From assembly GCA_964566225.1 (NCBI GenBank), contig CAZMHV010000003.1, positions 6,658-70,657 of the forward strand: a stretch of 64,000 bases of DNA, read 5' to 3'. Positions 9,599 to 18,230 of this stretch are shown here, one piece after another. The notes below the pieces were generated by a model. That model saw only the letters and a program-made list of their open reading frames with translations. It had not been told where the DNA came from and did not search any database. Source of the stretch: an uncultured Gammaproteobacteria bacterium. Its GTDB lineage: Bacteria; Patescibacteriota; Patescibacteriia; Magasanikbacterales; UBA922. A program made the position numbers and the translations under genes. Within the stretch, counting starts at the first letter, position 1; each line of letters opens with the position of its first letter.

Positions 9599-10393
9599 AT
9601 GTCCTACATAAAAACTCCCCAAGAACTCAAACAAATTATTGAAGGCGGCCAAAAAATGGGCGAAATTTTGGAACAGCTCGAACCCATGATTCAAGCAGGG
9701 GTGAGTGGTTTTGAAATTGATGCCGAAGCTGAGCGTCTTATTCGTGCCTCTGGCGGCGTGCCTGCGTTCAAAGGATACAAATCTCGCAAAAGTGATCCAC
9801 CATTTCCTGGAACGCTCTGTTTTTGTCTCAACGACGAGGTAGTACATGGAATTCCTACCAAACAAAAAATTATTCAAAAGGGTGACCTGGTAACTTTGGA
9901 TATTGGCATGCAGTGGCCTGCAAAAGGTGGTTACTTTACTGATACCGCACTGACCGTGCCTGTGGGCAAAGTTCCTGTGCGTGTGCGCAATTTGCTTGCG
10001 GTCACCAGTGAAGCACTTGAAATTGGGATTGAACAAGTAAAAATTGGTAACACGATTGCAGATATTGGACGTGCCATTGAAAAGTATGTACACAAACAAG
10101 GCAAATATGGCATTGTAGAGGACTTAGTGGGTCATGGCGTAGGTCATGCTGTGCACGAAGATCCTCGTGTACCAAATTATGAAGACAGAGATTTAGAAGA
10201 ATGGGAGATTGTGCCTGGTGTGGTGATTGCTATTGAACCAATGATTACTCTCGGTACCCACAAAGTTGTGATGGCCGCAGATGGCTGGAGTATTTTGACT
10301 GCAGACCAGAGTTTAAGTGCACACTTTGAACATACGATTGCTGTGACAGAAGAGGGACCTGTGGTGGTGACCAGGAGACCGAGTGAACGATAA
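9599..10393 (+). CDS. map: Methionine aminopeptidase type I
   Basis: NDEVVHGIP, DIG..DTA, GHGVG..HEDP, IEPM, SAHFEHT. Confidence 0.97.
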   Translation: MSYIKTPQELKQIIEGGQKMGEILEQLEPMIQAGVSGFEIDAEAERLIRASGGVPAFKGYKSRKSDPPFPGTLCFCLNDEVVHGIPTKQKIIQKGDLVTLDIGMQWPAKGGYFTDTALTVPVGKVPVRVRNLLAVTSEALEIGIEQVKIGNTIADIGRAIEKYVHKQGKYGIVEDLVGHGVGHAVHEDPRVPNYEDRDLEEWEIVPGVVIAIEPMITLGTHKVVMAADGWSILTADQSLSAHFEHTIAVTEEGPVVVTRRPSER

Positions 10394-10394
10394 T

Positions 10395-11033
10395 ATGAAT
10401 TCATTTGAAAGTGTAGAAAAGATCGTTGAAAGAATTCAACGGGGGGAAATTGTTATTGTGCTTGACGAACAAAGAGAACACGAAGCTGACCTTATTGTTT
10501 CTGCTGAGCTGGTTACTCCAGAGCATATTAATTTTATGATTACGTGGGGCAGGGGACTGGTGTGTGTGCCCATGGAAGCAAATCGTTTAAAAGAACTTCA
10601 GTTAGGACCGATCGAACGTTCGTCAGATCCTTTTGGGACAAAATGGTGCACTTCAGTTGATGCACGTGAAGGAATTACCACAGGGATTTCTGCATTTGAT
10701 CGTGCTCGAACGATTCGTCTGCTTGCTTGTGATGGAATCTCTGAAGATTTTACAACTCCTGGCCATATATTTCCGCTCCAAGGAGCATTGGGAGGAATGA
10801 GTGAACGTCAGGGTCATACAGAAAGTTCTTTGGCCCTTATGAAAGCAGCAGGACTTGCTCCTGCCGCAGTTATTTGTGAGATTCTTCGAGATGATGGTCA
10901 TGTGGCTCAGTTATCTGACTTGATGGATTTTGCAAAAAAACATGGTTTAGGGATGTGTACGATTGAACAAATTATTTCGTTTACAAAGGATATAAATTAT
11001 ACAGAGTATGAATATTCCATACCTTCTCGTTGA
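10395..11033 (+). CDS. ribB: 3,4-dihydroxy-2-butanone 4-phosphate synthase (stand-alone)
   Basis: REHEAD, GLVC, TTGISAFDRART, PGHIFPL, RQGHTE, VICEI. Confidence 0.93.
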   Translation: MNSFESVEKIVERIQRGEIVIVLDEQREHEADLIVSAELVTPEHINFMITWGRGLVCVPMEANRLKELQLGPIERSSDPFGTKWCTSVDAREGITTGISAFDRARTIRLLACDGISEDFTTPGHIFPLQGALGGMSERQGHTESSLALMKAAGLAPAAVICEILRDDGHVAQLSDLMDFAKKHGLGMCTIEQIISFTKDINYTEYEYSIPSR

Positions 11034-11310
11034 CTTTAATGAAATGGTTGATTCTGATACCGTATTGCTTTCATCGGATGATAAAAAAATTGATTTTGAA
11101 GGGAATGAGATTCTTTTGGAGGAAGGGCAAAAAGTTTTTGTATATATGCCAGACATTGATGAACAAGGGAATTTTGATACTTTAGCGGCTCAAGGAACAG
11201 TCGTCAAAAATTCTTACGATGTTGTTTGGACCCAAAAGGCAAAGTGGGTGTGTAAAATAGATAACAATGGTATACGACATAAATCAGAAATTTTAGACAA
11301 TGGAGTATAA
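11008..11310 (+). CDS. Hypothetical acidic protein (100 aa)
   Basis: ORF overlapping the ribB end; VDFNEM...WVCKID; function not assignable. Confidence 0.65.
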   Translation: MNIPYLLVDFNEMVDSDTVLLSSDDKKIDFEGNEILLEEGQKVFVYMPDIDEQGNFDTLAAQGTVVKNSYDVVWTQKAKWVCKIDNNGIRHKSEILDNGV

Positions 11311-11319
11311 AATTTTTTT

Positions 11320-11703
11320 ATGAATATTCTCGGCATTGACTTTGGACAAAAACGCATTGGCTTGGCTTGGGTTCAACAAGGCCTTGATGTTATTTTGCCA
11401 TACGGTTTGATACAAAATTCTCCAGAACAAATAGTCCCTGATGAACTGGTAACACTCATCAAAGAAGAACGAATCAATAAAGTAGTTATTGGTGTGCCAC
11501 TTGGAATGGAAGGCGAAGAGAATACGAACACCAAACGTGTTCGTGCCTTTGGCGAAGAACTCGGCAAGCAAATTGATTTGCCCATTGAATTTATTGACGA
11601 ACGATTTACCACGCATGAAGCGAGTCGAATGGGTGGCACAGCAAGCATTGATGAAAAGTCTGCCATGCTGATTTTGGAAACATACATGGAACTCCACAAA
11701 TAG
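11320..11703 (+). CDS. ruvX: YqgF/RuvX family nuclease
   Basis: LGIDFGQKRIGLA, VIGVP, DERFTT, ID..SAMLIL. Confidence 0.93.
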   Translation: MNILGIDFGQKRIGLAWVQQGLDVILPYGLIQNSPEQIVPDELVTLIKEERINKVVIGVPLGMEGEENTNTKRVRAFGEELGKQIDLPIEFIDERFTTHEASRMGGTASIDEKSAMLILETYMELHK

Positions 11704-11725
11704 AAATGTTTGGTTGTGAAAATAT

Positions 11726-12481
11726 ATGCAAGCTATTGTTTTGTCGCGGCAGGACTTCAAAGAATACGATCAAATTATTTCTTTGTACACGCGTGAAGAG
11801 GGAAGACGAGATTTGCTCGCGCGTGGCATCAAAAAAATTGTGAGTAAAAATGCGGCTCAACTCGAGCCCTGTTCTGTGGTAGAAGTTGGTGTGGCACATG
11901 GCAAGGATTTGGATATTGTGACCAATGTGCAAATAGAAAAATATTTTCCACAGATTCGACGGAGTTACTACAAATCACTCCTGGGACTTTGGGCGACTGA
12001 CCTCACCAAAGTTTTTTTTACTTCACCCGAGCGTGACGAACGAGTATTTTTACTGCTTTCGTCGTGGCTTGCTCACGTTGACGCTGCTCCACAAATTTCG
12101 CCATATATTCTCGATGCTCTTGTATTACGCAGCTTAAGTTTTTTGGGGCTGACTCCGGTGATTGATCATTGTGCCGAGTGTGAACGGGTGAGAGCAGGGG
12201 AGACATTTTTCTTTTCACCGTCACGGGGTGGAATTGTGTGTTCGTCTTGCCGAAACCAAAAGACGCTTCCGAGCGAAGTGTGGTACCGTGTGAGTAAAGA
12301 CTTTTTGCAAGGGATCTCTGAAATTCTTTTTTCTCCTTGGGAGCAACTTTCGGCCTTTTCGCGTGACAAAAAGGCCTATGTGCAGCTCCACCGCCTTACT
12401 TTGTCATTTGTTCAGTATCACCATGAGGCCAATCTCAAAGACTGGTGGAAAATAGCTAAATTAAGCAAATTTTTTATATAA
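11726..12481 (+). CDS. recO: DNA repair protein RecO
   Basis: AIVLSRQDFKEYDQII...GRRDLLARG; CAEC...GGIVCSSC Zn finger. Confidence 0.92.
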   Translation: MQAIVLSRQDFKEYDQIISLYTREEGRRDLLARGIKKIVSKNAAQLEPCSVVEVGVAHGKDLDIVTNVQIEKYFPQIRRSYYKSLLGLWATDLTKVFFTSPERDERVFLLLSSWLAHVDAAPQISPYILDALVLRSLSFLGLTPVIDHCAECERVRAGETFFFSPSRGGIVCSSCRNQKTLPSEVWYRVSKDFLQGISEILFSPWEQLSAFSRDKKAYVQLHRLTLSFVQYHHEANLKDWWKIAKLSKFFI

Positions 12482-12513
12482 ACCAGAAGACCAGGGTGGG
12501 GATGAATACCCCC

Positions 12514-12542
12514 TTGACTTCTGTCTCAAAATCCAGTATACT
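12514..12542 (+). promoter_or_regulatory. Sigma70-type promoter for rpmG-tRNA-Trp
   Basis: TTGACT-17 bp-TATACT. Confidence 0.7.
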
Positions 12543-12583
12543 GTTCTCACTTATACAAATTCCGACTTTTTAAGCCTTACTCT

Positions 12584-12739
12584 ATGGCACGCGCTAAAAA
12601 CAATGCAAAAATGGAATGTTCTGTCTGCAAAATGACAAATTATTTTCCAAACAAAAATAAAAAGCTCAAGACCAAACTCGAGCTGAGTAAGTACTGCCAA
12701 CACTGCGGACACCACGAAACACATAAAGAAACCAAGTAA
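12584..12739 (+). CDS. rpmG: 50S ribosomal protein L33 (51 aa, not in ORF track)
   Basis: Hand translation MARAKNNAKMECSVCKMTNY...KLELSKYCQHCGHHETHKETK. Confidence 0.95.
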   Translation: MARAKNNAKMECSVCKMTNYFPNKNKKLKTKLELSKYCQHCGHHETHKETK

Positions 12740-12808
12740 AAACCTGAGGCCGACCATATCGGCCTCTTGATTTATATCTGGATTTTGGGTAAAATATTCA
12801 AACCAAAT

Positions 12809-12879
12809 GGGCGCGTCGTATAATGGTAGTACTGCGGTCTCCAAAACCGTATGCGTGGGTTCGATTCCCCCCGCGCCTG
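12809..12879 (+). tRNA. trnW: tRNA-Trp (CCA), 3' CCA not encoded
   Basis: GGGCGCG/CGCGCCT acceptor stem, anticodon arm GCGGT-CTCCAAA-ACCGT, GGTTCGATTCC T-loop. Confidence 0.95.
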
Positions 12880-12885
12880 CTAGTG

Positions 12886-12915
12886 AAAATAGAGCTTCAT
12901 TGAGCTCTGTTTTTT
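12886..12915 (+). terminator. Terminator hairpin after tRNA-Trp
   Basis: AAAATAGAGCT...AGCTCTGTTTTTT. Confidence 0.75.
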
Positions 12916-13018
12916 GTATACCCGCAAGTGGAATCGAACTATTCTTTGGAAAAATATAGATTTTTTTATGAGATACTGTTAAAATAAAAACAATTTATAA
13001 TATGTGTGAATTAATTTT

Positions 13019-15004
13019 ATGAAGACAAAAAGTCGTAAACAGCAATATAAGCTTTACCTTGCTAGTGGCATTACTCTCTGGAAAACATATTTTCATAAAA
13101 ATTACTCACCTTTTTTTAATAAAAAAGTGGGGCTTTTTGAGCCTGGGACTTTAGATAATCCGAATGATCACCGTTTTATTCCTATTGGAATTGCTTGTTA
13201 CGATCTCAACGAGATTAACCATGCAGACGCACTTCTTGTGTATATGAAGCATTACCAATCTCTTGATGGATCTCCAACTGGTACAGATAGTACTTGGGAA
13301 TGTGGATATGCAATTGGAAAAGGGAAACCCGTAGTTATGCTGATTGAAGATAAGGACCATATTGATTACTACGCTTCACAGTGGATGGTAAGTTTTAGTA
13401 TTAATGCTATTCTTACCGTTCATAAAGAAGTGGCAGAGATTGTAAAAAAACATCCAAAATTTGTTCATACCACTGTTCTTTTGGCAGAAAACAAAAATCA
13501 ATTTGAGACAAAAGTAACTGAATATCTAGATAATTATTATAGATCAATATATTCTCGTTCAGGGGTCATTAATTACGCAGTAGATAAAAGAGCTCGAGAA
13601 CTTTTTAGTAGAAAGAGTTTATCGGATATAATTTTTACAGAGAGTGCACCTCATAAAAAAGTAGTTGAAAAATTGAATAATTTGGAGGATTTAAAATTTA
13701 CGTCAGACGAAGATGCTCTGGTAGTCTGTGCAATAGAAAGATATATTTCGGAGTTGTTTAAAAGATCTCTTTCTGAAGAGGGGATTGATTCAGCAATTTC
13801 AGCGGTGATAAAAGTTTGGAACAAAAAGGAAAATTATATCTTGGATTGTTTAGAATACTCTTTAATACCACCTTTCGCAGAGGTAAAAAATAGACATTCA
13901 GGTATAAAAAAAATAAGACCAGAATTATTTTTTGAGTTGTATGACTTAGTAAACCATCATGTAGTTTCGGAAGCTCGTTCGATCAAGTCAGAATCTTTCC
14001 CTTATGATATCGGCGCAGTAGTGGAACTGTATAATTGGATGAATACCTATGCTTTAGATGACGTGTTCGATAATTCTGAAATGAGACAGCGTTCAAAAAC
14101 TGTCTGGAAAGCATTTTCCAGAAGAGACGCAATATATACTGGTTTATTAGGCCATTTATTACCACTGAAGTACTTCTTTATTATTGCCACTGAAAATAAA
14201 CAGATAGGTGAAGGTCTGGCAAAGGTAATGAATGATTATAATTATATAATGTACCAAGGACAGGTTTTTGATTTACAACTCACGTTTAATTCAGAAAAAA
14301 AGAAAAAGCTTCTCCAAAAGAAGAATTTGGAAGAAATGCTTCGAATATACTTACAAAGAATTTATGGGATTTGTGGAGGCTTTTTTGAAGCGATTGGCGA
14401 ATTGTCTGCGAAAGCAGGGGATAAAGAAGAACAAATTATGAACGCTGCGGAAATTGATGTCGTTGCTCCGATAATTGGTATGTATTATGGGATTATTCAG
14501 ATGATACGAAATGACCTTGGAGATTATATTATTGTTGAAGAAGTTTCTGGAATGAGTAAAGGTATGAAAGGGGTATCTCATTGCGATATTACTGAGGGGA
14601 AAGTTGATATTACCTATTTGATAGCGATGTACTCATCCGTTTTGGATAAAAAAGAGAAAAAGTTTTTATATGAGTCTTTGTTTAAAAAATTGAGTCAAAA
14701 ACAGAAGTTAAAGATTAATGAGCTACTTTGGAAATCAGGAGCTATAGATCTCACCGTTGAATTGATTCATAATATCATTAAACATGTTAATACTACACTA
14801 CTGACGAAGTATCACGAAACCCCCACACGCACAAAGTGGATGTTCAGTTTAATGGATATTACAAAGGAAGTGTTGATCCCATTCAAGGATCAAGCCTCAA
14901 AATTTGGTTGGATGAAGTATGAATATGATAAAGAACTTCTTGAAGATGTGACAAAGAAAGTTTTAAGCTTAGAAAATAAAACAAAGGGACAGAGGTTGAA
15001 ATAA
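13019..15004 (+). CDS. Fusion of a nucleoside 2-deoxyribosyltransferase-like domain and a trans-isoprenyl diphosphate synthase-like domain
   Basis: N-term YLASG, DLNEINHAD, STWECGYAIGKGKPV; C-term KKIRP, LDDVFD, GQVFDL, QMIRNDLGD, DITEGK. Confidence 0.7.
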   Translation: MKTKSRKQQYKLYLASGITLWKTYFHKNYSPFFNKKVGLFEPGTLDNPNDHRFIPIGIACYDLNEINHADALLVYMKHYQSLDGSPTGTDSTWECGYAIGKGKPVVMLIEDKDHIDYYASQWMVSFSINAILTVHKEVAEIVKKHPKFVHTTVLLAENKNQFETKVTEYLDNYYRSIYSRSGVINYAVDKRARELFSRKSLSDIIFTESAPHKKVVEKLNNLEDLKFTSDEDALVVCAIERYISELFKRSLSEEGIDSAISAVIKVWNKKENYILDCLEYSLIPPFAEVKNRHSGIKKIRPELFFELYDLVNHHVVSEARSIKSESFPYDIGAVVELYNWMNTYALDDVFDNSEMRQRSKTVWKAFSRRDAIYTGLLGHLLPLKYFFIIATENKQIGEGLAKVMNDYNYIMYQGQVFDLQLTFNSEKKKKLLQKKNLEEMLRIYLQRIYGICGGFFEAIGELSAKAGDKEEQIMNAAEIDVVAPIIGMYYGIIQMIRNDLGDYIIVEEVSGMSKGMKGVSHCDITEGKVDITYLIAMYSSVLDKKEKKFLYESLFKKLSQKQKLKINELLWKSGAIDLTVELIHNIIKHVNTTLLTKYHETPTRTKWMFSLMDITKEVLIPFKDQASKFGWMKYEYDKELLEDVTKKVLSLENKTKGQRLK

Positions 15005-15039
15005 ATAGTGAGTAGGCTAGGGGACTAGGAATGAATAAA

Positions 15040-15148
15040 GTTTGGAATATAAACATATCCCTTTTCTCCTTTCAAAATAGTTCCAACTTCCTCCACAATG
15101 GCCTGCAGATAAAAACATAGCTCGATCATGCTATGTTTTTTTGTACAA
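15040..15148 (+). repeat. att-like scar 1 (arm + GCCTGC core + hairpin)
   Basis: Minus strand reads LQAIVEEVGTILKGEKGYVYIP; hairpin AAAAACATAGC/GCTATGTTTTT follows the core. Confidence 0.7.
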
Positions 15149-15261
15149 ATGAAAAAAATTATCGATAAAAATAGACTTAAATAAGCAATAATCTTTCTGA
15201 ATGATTGAATTATCATTCAAATAGTGTTAAGGTATAAACTCTGTACTTTTAAAAAGAATCT

Positions 15262-16635
15262 ATGATTTCAGTAATAATTCCCATTTTGAACGAAGAAAAA
15301 ACAATACAAAATATTATTCGATCTGTTCAAAAATATAAAGAAGTAACTGAAATTATTGTTGTTGATGATAAATCAATTGATCGGAGTGTGGAGATTGTAA
15401 AGTTATTGGGTGTTAAGATTATTACGAGCACAAAACTTGGGAAAGGAGCATCAATGCGTGATGGAGTTTTATTTGCAAAAAATGATATTATTGTTTTTCT
15501 CGATGGTGATATAAAAAAATATGCTGATGGTTTTTTAAAAAAAATAACGAAGCCAATTTTAAGTGGAAAGTGTGATTTTGTAAAAACGACATTTGATAGA
15601 GAAGCGGGGAGGGTAACGGAGTTAGTAGCGAAGCCTTTGTTAAGTTTATTATTTCCAAAATTGGCAAAATTTTCTCAACCTTTGAGTGGCATAATCGCAG
15701 GGAAAAAGGAATATTTTGAAAAGATTACTTTTGAAGATGATTATGGTGTTGATATTGGAATTTTGATTGATATGCATCAACTTGGAGCGAAAATATGTGA
15801 AGTTAAGATTGGAAAAATTGAGCATAAAATGAAGATGTGGCAAGAACTGAGCTCTATGTCAAAAGATGTTTCGAAGGCAATACTAAAAAGAGCCAATAAT
15901 TCTTCAACATTGGCTTTGAATCAGTTGGAAACAATTAGTATTATTCGTGATCAAATGGGGTTCGCTATCAAGGAATCTTTGAAAAAAATGAAAAAAATGG
16001 TTATTTTTGATATGGATGATACTATATTGAAGGGAAGATTTGTTTATGAATTTGCGACTCGATTTGGTTTTAAAAGGGAGTTGTTAAAAATTGTTCGTCT
16101 TCATAAAGATCCACTTATTCGTACTAAACGTATTGCCAATTTAATGCGTGGATTTGATATAGGTCAAATAATTGAATTTGTCGAAGCTATGCCAATAGTT
16201 TCAGATATTACTGAAACTATTAAAATTTTAAAATCGAGAGGGTATGTTGTTGGAATTATTAGTGATAGTTATGATGTCGTTGCTCAACATATCAAACATA
16301 AGGTAGATGCTGATTTTTCTTTGGCGAACGAGTTAGAATTTTCTAAAAGTGTCACAACTGGTGAAGTAAAAATTCCATCTTTTTTTATTAAAAATAAAGA
16401 CAGTAAGTGTCAACATAGTGTATGCAAAAGTAATGCGTTGCTGAGTGTAAGCAAATCGTATTCAATCGGTATACGGAATATTATTTCTGTGGGTGATGGT
16501 GAAGGAGATATTTGTATGGTAAAATATTCAGGATTAGGAGTCGCATTTTGTTCTAAAAACAAAGACCTAAAAAAAATTGCCCAAGTTGAAATTTTGAAAA
16601 GAGAGTTTTTACCAATGCTTCATATCGCCTTATAA
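15262..16635 (+). CDS. Glucosyl-3-phosphoglycerate synthase-like GT-A domain fused to a SerB-like HAD phosphatase
   Basis: FLDGD, GRVTELVAKPLL, QPLSG, YGVDIGILID; HAD motifs FDMDDT, IISDS, VGDGEGD. Confidence 0.8.
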   Translation: MISVIIPILNEEKTIQNIIRSVQKYKEVTEIIVVDDKSIDRSVEIVKLLGVKIITSTKLGKGASMRDGVLFAKNDIIVFLDGDIKKYADGFLKKITKPILSGKCDFVKTTFDREAGRVTELVAKPLLSLLFPKLAKFSQPLSGIIAGKKEYFEKITFEDDYGVDIGILIDMHQLGAKICEVKIGKIEHKMKMWQELSSMSKDVSKAILKRANNSSTLALNQLETISIIRDQMGFAIKESLKKMKKMVIFDMDDTILKGRFVYEFATRFGFKRELLKIVRLHKDPLIRTKRIANLMRGFDIGQIIEFVEAMPIVSDITETIKILKSRGYVVGIISDSYDVVAQHIKHKVDADFSLANELEFSKSVTTGEVKIPSFFIKNKDSKCQHSVCKSNALLSVSKSYSIGIRNIISVGDGEGDICMVKYSGLGVAFCSKNKDLKKIAQVEILKREFLPMLHIAL

Positions 16636-16638
16636 AAT

Positions 16639-17115
16639 ATGACCCAAAATAAAAAAAAGAATCAAGCAAATTTAATCGCTTCACTCCTTCATATTTTTGG
16701 ACTTTGTATTGTTGTCATTTTGGTAAGTATTTCTGTAATTCATAGGTCATCTCTTATCGGGTGGGCATTAATTTTTCTCGGTCTTTTTTGTTTGGCAAGT
16801 TTATCTTTTTTGAAGATCAGTTTGAAATCTCTTCAACCAGATATTATTTTTGGTATTATTGATAATGGTATTTTAGTTGTTACTGCACTTTTTGGAGCTC
16901 ATTTTGCAGGAGTTTCTGGTGCGGTTGTTGGTGGGGTAGTTGGAAACGCTCTCACCGATGGTATCGCAGGAGTGTTTGAGGGCTATTCTGCTGAAAAACT
17001 TCGTTCTTTGGAAATTTCAGAACAACGAACGGTTTTAAAGTCAGCCGTTGGGAAAATGGCTGGGTGTCTTTTGGGAGCAGGTTTTGTTTTAATGGTGGTT
17101 GAATTTTTATTTTAG
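16639..17115 (+). CDS. Gly-rich membrane protein (TMEM65/VIT-like motifs)
   Basis: Hydrophobic helices; FGIIDNG and VGNALTDGIAG motifs. Confidence 0.55.
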   Translation: MTQNKKKNQANLIASLLHIFGLCIVVILVSISVIHRSSLIGWALIFLGLFCLASLSFLKISLKSLQPDIIFGIIDNGILVVTALFGAHFAGVSGAVVGGVVGNALTDGIAGVFEGYSAEKLRSLEISEQRTVLKSAVGKMAGCLLGAGFVLMVVEFLF

Positions 17116-17195
17116 ACTTTTGATTTTTTCTGTTATTGGATCTGTTTGATTCTGAGGTATTGTTTTTGATAAACTAAATCTGACACGGTGTCAAA

Positions 17196-17301
17196 TGAAG
17201 GATATAAATGTATCCTTTGTTTTCTTGGAAAGTAATTTCAATATCCTTCACGATGGCCTGCACATGAAAACATAGCTTCAATGAGCTGTGTTTTTTTATA
17301 C
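17196..17301 (+). repeat. att-like scar 2
   Basis: Minus strand reads VQAIVKDIEITFQENKGYIYI; GCCTGC at 17256; hairpin AAAACATAGCT/AGCTGTGTTTT. Confidence 0.7.
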
Positions 17302-17392
17302 AAAATGGACGAATGTGTTGAAAGTTGGTACACTAATTTAAACTCCAATATTTAGTTTTTAACTATATCTGATTTAGATGTAAAGACAAAAT

Positions 17393-18034
17393 ATGCAGAT
17401 AGCTAATAAAATATCTTCGTGGCAAGAACTTTCAAAACGAGATAAAGTAATTTTTTTGGCGTACTATTTTCTTATTTGTATTTTCCCAATAATTTCTATA
17501 CTTGCCTTTCTTGATTTATCTCCACTTTCAAAATTTTCAGAAGGACTTTCTGGATTTATTGGTGTGGGGTTATTTTTGTTGTTTCCTGTTATTACATTTA
17601 CTTTGCTTCAAGAACGAATACATTTAATACTTCGCTCTCCTCTTCGTTTTTTTTCTCCTTTTTTTATACAGGCAGGCTTTTTGATATTTAATTTTTTCCT
17701 TCATAGAGAAGACGTTATTCAAAGTATTATTATTTCTGTGCTTTCTGAATTTTGTGGTTTATTTTTAATCTTGTCATCTAGTATCATTTTTCTTATTTAC
17801 AAAAAACGGATTGCTCGGGTAGAACGAATTGGTGACAAGTTGGTAAAGTTAGGTTTTGGGTTATTTATTACACTATTTTTATGGATACCTTTGGTGGCTT
17901 TGGGCTATGCTTACTTTATGAATAGCTTGAAGTTCACTCCACTTTTTGCATTCATTGCGATCATACAGTTTTTTACCGGCGTTATCACTGTGGCTCTTTC
18001 ACAAAAAAAATTATTAAAAGATGGCACTATATAA
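17393..18034 (+). CDS. Hypothetical multi-pass membrane protein
   Basis: 213 aa with about six hydrophobic segments. Confidence 0.7.
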   Translation: MQIANKISSWQELSKRDKVIFLAYYFLICIFPIISILAFLDLSPLSKFSEGLSGFIGVGLFLLFPVITFTLLQERIHLILRSPLRFFSPFFIQAGFLIFNFFLHREDVIQSIIISVLSEFCGLFLILSSSIIFLIYKKRIARVERIGDKLVKLGFGLFITLFLWIPLVALGYAYFMNSLKFTPLFAFIAIIQFFTGVITVALSQKKLLKDGTI

Positions 18035-18040
18035 ATTAAA

Positions 18041-18148
18041 TTTTTGAATATAGACAATACTTTTTTTCTTCTTGTAGAATAGTTCCAACCTTGCTTACTC
18101 TGGCCTGCACGCTAAAACACTGCTAATATAAGCTGTATTTTTTATACA
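18041..18148 (+). repeat. att-like scar 3 (most degenerate)
   Basis: Minus strand reads VQARVSKVGTILQEEKK then, after a frameshift, IVYI; GCCTGC at 18103; degenerate hairpin. Confidence 0.65.
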
Positions 18149-18230
18149 TTGCCCAGTTTTTGTTTAAGCCTTGAAAGAAAACCCTCTTCTTGATAGTGTT
18201 ATATGTATTATTTCCCTTATTTTTCATTGT

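Larger units (their letters stand above)
12875..18108 (+). mobile_element. Array of three integrase-less cassettes at the tRNA-Trp 3' end, delimited by GCCTGC-core att-like repeats
   Basis: Core GCCTGC at 12875, 15101, 17256 and 18103, each followed by a related hairpin; the last three preceded by a homologous ~60-bp arm. Confidence 0.7.

Noticed and set aside
9041-10099. 352-aa minus-strand ORF
   Set aside because: Antisense to adk and map, no recognisable motifs
12551-12844. 97-aa minus-strand ORF
   Set aside because: Antisense to rpmG and tRNA-Trp
15025-15216. 63-aa minus-strand ORF as an independent gene
   Set aside because: Spans the hairpin and att-like arm; better read as part of the repeat, though translation is not excluded
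12875-18148. Repeats as a CRISPR array or classical integron attC sites
   Set aside because: Spacing is gene-sized and irregular, no cas or intI gene, and no RYYYAAC/GTTRRRY ends
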